From a virus (taxonomy: Duplodnaviria; Heunggongvirae; Uroviricota; Caudoviricetes): 8,396 nt of DNA. Below, piece after piece: positions 5,902-8,396 of the stretch. Numbering within the stretch: the first letter of the stretch is position 1; each line of letters starts with the position of its first letter. Below the pieces are notes generated by a model that searched no databases, was not told the DNA's origin, and was given only the letters and a program-made list of their open reading frames with translations. The DNA lies in the IMG/VR virus record IMGVR_UViG_2778261464_000009, positions 1-8,396 of that record, one strand, 5' to 3'. A program made the position numbers and the translations under genes.

Positions 5902-6938
5902 AAGCAGAAGCGTGGAGAGTAAAAAATCTCGGGGAATCACCGAAAAAGCTATTCAAGGAAGCCTGCATACGGTGGCTGCGTGAGAAATCGGATAAGAAGT
6001 CCATTGATGATGACAAGAGCATTATATCGTTCTGGATGTTGCACTTCAGAGAAACCATTCTCTCTGACATAACAACAGAAAAAATAATGGAGGCGGTAGA
6101 CGGGATGGAAAACCGCCGCCATCGCCTGAACTGGGAGATGAGCCGGGACAGGTGTTTGCGGCTTGGCAAGCCAGTGCCGGAGTATAAACCAAAGCTGGCA
6201 AGCAAAGGAACGAAGACGCGGCATCTGGCAATACTTCGCGCTATTCTCAATATGGCTGTTGAATGGGGATGGCTTGACAGGGCGCCAAAAATATCAACAC
6301 CACGCGTTAAGAATGGACGAATCAGATGGCTTACAGAGGAGGAATCGAAGCGCCTGTTTGCAGAAATTGCTCCTCATTTCTTCCCTGTGGTCATGTTTGC
6401 AATCACGACAGGCCTTCGCCGTTCCAACGTTACAGACCTTGAGTGGTCACAGGTCGATCTGGATAAGAAAATGGCATGGATGCACCCTGATGAAACAAAA
6501 GCTGGCAATGCGATCGGAGTTCCTCTTAACGAAACCGCATGCCAGATATTAAGAAAACAGCAGGGGCTCCATAAGAGATGGGTATTTGTCCACACCAAAC
6601 CTGCCTACCGAAGCGACGGAACAAAAACAGCAGCGGTAAGGAAGATGAGAACCGACAGCAACAAGGCATGGAAGGGAGCGTTAAAGCGGGCAGGCATTAG
6701 CAACTTCCGCTTCCATGACCTGAGGCATACCTGGGCAAGCTGGCTGGTTCAGTCTGGTGTCTCTCTTCTTGCGCTTAAAGAGATGGGAGGATGGGAAACT
6801 CTCGAAATGGTTCAAAGATACGCCCACCTTTCAGCCGGGCATCTCACCGAGCACGCGAGCAAAATCGATGCGATTATAAGTCGCAATGGCACAAATACGG
6901 CACAAGAGGAGAACGTAGTTTACTTAAATGCGAGGTAA
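5778..6938 (+). CDS. int: Tyrosine-type site-specific integrase (phage integrase family)
   Basis: 386 aa. N-terminal arm-type domain (MSIKLRGGTWHCDFVAPDGSRVRRS...). Catalytic residues in context: TGLRRSN, HDLRHTWAS, and Tyr in MVQRYAHL. AGGAGG is 7 nt before ATG 5778. Ends 14 bp from the tRNA. Confidence 0.9.
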   Translation: MSIKLRGGTWHCDFVAPDGSRVRRSLETSDKRQAQELHDRLKAEAWRVKNLGESPKKLFKEACIRWLREKSDKKSIDDDKSIISFWMLHFRETILSDITTEKIMEAVDGMENRRHRLNWEMSRDRCLRLGKPVPEYKPKLASKGTKTRHLAILRAILNMAVEWGWLDRAPKISTPRVKNGRIRWLTEEESKRLFAEIAPHFFPVVMFAITTGLRRSNVTDLEWSQVDLDKKMAWMHPDETKAGNAIGVPLNETACQILRKQQGLHKRWVFVHTKPAYRSDGTKTAAVRKMRTDSNKAWKGALKRAGISNFRFHDLRHTWASWLVQSGVSLLALKEMGGWETLEMVQRYAHLSAGHLTEHASKIDAIISRNGTNTAQEENVVYLNAR

Positions 6939-6952
6939 CTTATTGATTTAAA

Positions 6953-7028
6953 TGGTGCCGATAATAGGAGTCGAACCTACGACCTTCGCATTACGAATGC
7001 GCTGCTCTACCAACTGAGCTATATCGGC
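6953..7028 (-). tRNA. thrW: tRNA-Thr (anticodon CGU)
   Basis: The reverse complement is a 76-nt tRNA: GCCGATATAGCTCAGTTGGTAGAGCAGCGCATTCGTAATGCGAAGGTCGTAGGTTCGACTCCTATTATCGGCACCA. 7-bp acceptor stem, GTTCGA T-loop, anticodon CGT at positions 34-36, encoded CCA end. Confidence 0.9.
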
Positions 7029-7142
7029 CCTGAAAGGACATGTTCACGAACGTGAATCACGGTGGGCAAGGTTAAAACTAACCGGGCGATGCGTCAATGG
7101 CCTTGTGAATCAAATGGCTACTTTTGCATCACCCGGTTTTAT

Positions 7143-8396
7143 TTACGCACGAATGGTGTAATCACCAATGCCGATCCACTTGTAAGTGGTCAGTGCTTCC
7201 AGCCCCATTGGGCCACGCGCGTGGAGTTTTTGTGTGCTTACCGCCACTTCCGCACCCAGTCCAAACTGACCGCCGTCGGTAAAACGCGTAGAAGCGTTAA
7301 CGTAAACAGCGGACGAATCCACTTCGTTAACAAAACGCTGGGCGTTGCGCATATCGCGGGTCAGGATCGCATCGGAGTGTTGTGTGCCGTGTTCACGAAT
7401 ATGGGCGATGGCATCGTCAAGATCGCTGACGATTTTGACGTTCAAATCTAATGACAGAAACTCATCGTCATACTCTTCGGCTTTAACCGCCACCACCTTC
7501 GCGGGGCCAGCCTGCAACTGTGTCAGCGCAGCTGCATCTGCGTGTAATGTCACGCCGCTTTCCGCCATTTGTTTGCTTAATACGGGCAGGAAGCTATCGG
7601 CGATGTTTTTATTCACCAGCAACGTTTCTACCGTATTACATGTGCTCGGACGCTGAGTTTTCGCGTTGACGATCACTTTTAATGCTTCAGCGATCTCTGC
7701 ACTTTCATCAACATAAATATGGCATACGCCTATACCACCTGTGATCACCGGGATCGTCGACTGTTCGCGGCACAGTTTATGCAAACCAGCCCCGCCGCGC
7801 GGGATCAGCATGTCGATGTATTTATCCATACGCAGCATTTCACTGACCAGCGCACGGTCAGGATTATCAATTGCCTGCACGGCACCCGCCGGTAAGCCAC
7901 AGGATTTCAGGGCGTCCTGAATCACCGCCACCGTTGCCGCGTTAGTGCGACAGGTTTCTTTGCCGCCGCGCAGGATCACCGCGTTACCGGTTTTCAGGCA
8001 CAGCGAAGCGACATCAACCGTCACGTTCGGGCGCGCTTCATAAATCACGCCAATAACCCCCAGCGGTACGCGACGACGCTCAAGACGCAGGCCGCTGTCC
8101 AGTACGCCGCCATCGATTACCTGCCCCACCGGATCGGCGAGGTTGCACACCTGACGTACATCGTCGGCAATGCCTTTCAGCCGTGCGGGCGTCAGTGCCA
8201 GACGGTCAAGCATCGCTTCGCTAAGGCCATTGGCACGCGCGTCAGCAACATCCTGGGCGTTAGCGTTGAGGATGATTTTGCTCTGTGCTTCCAGTTCATC
8301 GGCGATTTTTTCCAGCACGCGATTTTTTTCGCGGCTTGAGAGTTGCGCTAATTTATACGAGGCTTGCTTCGCGGCAATGCCCATTTGCTCCAGCAT
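7143..8396 (-). CDS. proA: Gamma-glutamyl phosphate reductase (glutamate-5-semialdehyde dehydrogenase), full length
   Basis: 417-aa product beginning [39 protein letters not shown]... and ending ...[12 protein letters not shown], near-identical to E. coli ProA as recalled. The start codon is at the window's right edge. Confidence 0.95.
   Translation of the reverse strand: MLEQMGIAAKQASYKLAQLSSREKNRVLEKIADELEAQSKIILNANAQDVADARANGLSEAMLDRLALTPARLKGIADDVRQVCNLADPVGQVIDGGVLDSGLRLERRRVPLGVIGVIYEARPNVTVDVASLCLKTGNAVILRGGKETCRTNAATVAVIQDALKSCGLPAGAVQAIDNPDRALVSEMLRMDKYIDMLIPRGGAGLHKLCREQSTIPVITGGIGVCHIYVDESAEIAEALKVIVNAKTQRPSTCNTVETLLVNKNIADSFLPVLSKQMAESGVTLHADAAALTQLQAGPAKVVAVKAEEYDDEFLSLDLNVKIVSDLDDAIAHIREHGTQHSDAILTRDMRNAQRFVNEVDSSAVYVNASTRFTDGGQFGLGAEVAVSTQKLHARGPMGLEALTTYKWIGIGDYTIRA

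Larger units (their letters stand above)
1..6955. mobile_element. Integrated lambdoid-type prophage, integrase-proximal end (continues beyond the left window edge); right boundary lies inside the 3' end of thrW
   Basis: All ORFs from 70 to 6938 are co-directional with phage-like order (recombination module, Ea22-like region, xis, int, att) matching the lambda pL operon layout. The integrase stop at 6938 is 14 bp from the tRNA 3' end; host proA follows. Confidence 0.8.

Noticed and set aside
5888-6598. ORFs inside the integrase gene (5888..6250 -, 5949..6224 -, 6046..6231 -, 6374..6598 -, 6163..6552 +)
   Set aside because: The integrase frame carries the full conserved catalytic signature. 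The alternatives are shadow ORFs.
7062-7656. + strand ORFs 7062..7451 and 7345..7656
   Set aside because: Antisense to full-length proA, which matches the known protein end to end.
1-8396. CRISPR arrays, rRNA, IS elements or transposases
   Set aside because: No regularly spaced repeats, no rRNA-like sequence, and no transposase-like ORF or terminal inverted repeats were seen on reading. The only mobility genes are phage xis and int.

Overview
The window covers the integrase-proximal end of a lambdoid-type prophage inserted at the host tRNA-Thr(CGU) gene (thrW) next to proA. Positions 1-6952 are phage DNA, entirely on the + strand: a long, tightly packed and translationally coupled operon (repeated ATGA/GTGA stop-start overlaps) that includes a RecT-family annealing protein, a Siphovirus Gp157-like protein, several small uncharacterised ORFs, Ea22-like coiled-coil proteins and a DUF551-type protein. 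It is followed by a terminator-punctuated accessory segment (a 29-aa hydrophobic peptide, a 55-aa ORF and a 114-aa ORF) and then excisionase and tyrosine integrase, which ends 14 bp before the tRNA 3' end. Host DNA follows: thrW (- strand) and a complete proA (- strand, 417 aa). No CRISPR array, rRNA or transposase was seen. Most phage products are unrecognised; the best novelty candidates are the insulated small-gene segment at 4735-5464 and the unknown proteins coupled around recT. Family assignments are from recalled motifs and unaided reading, not database searches.
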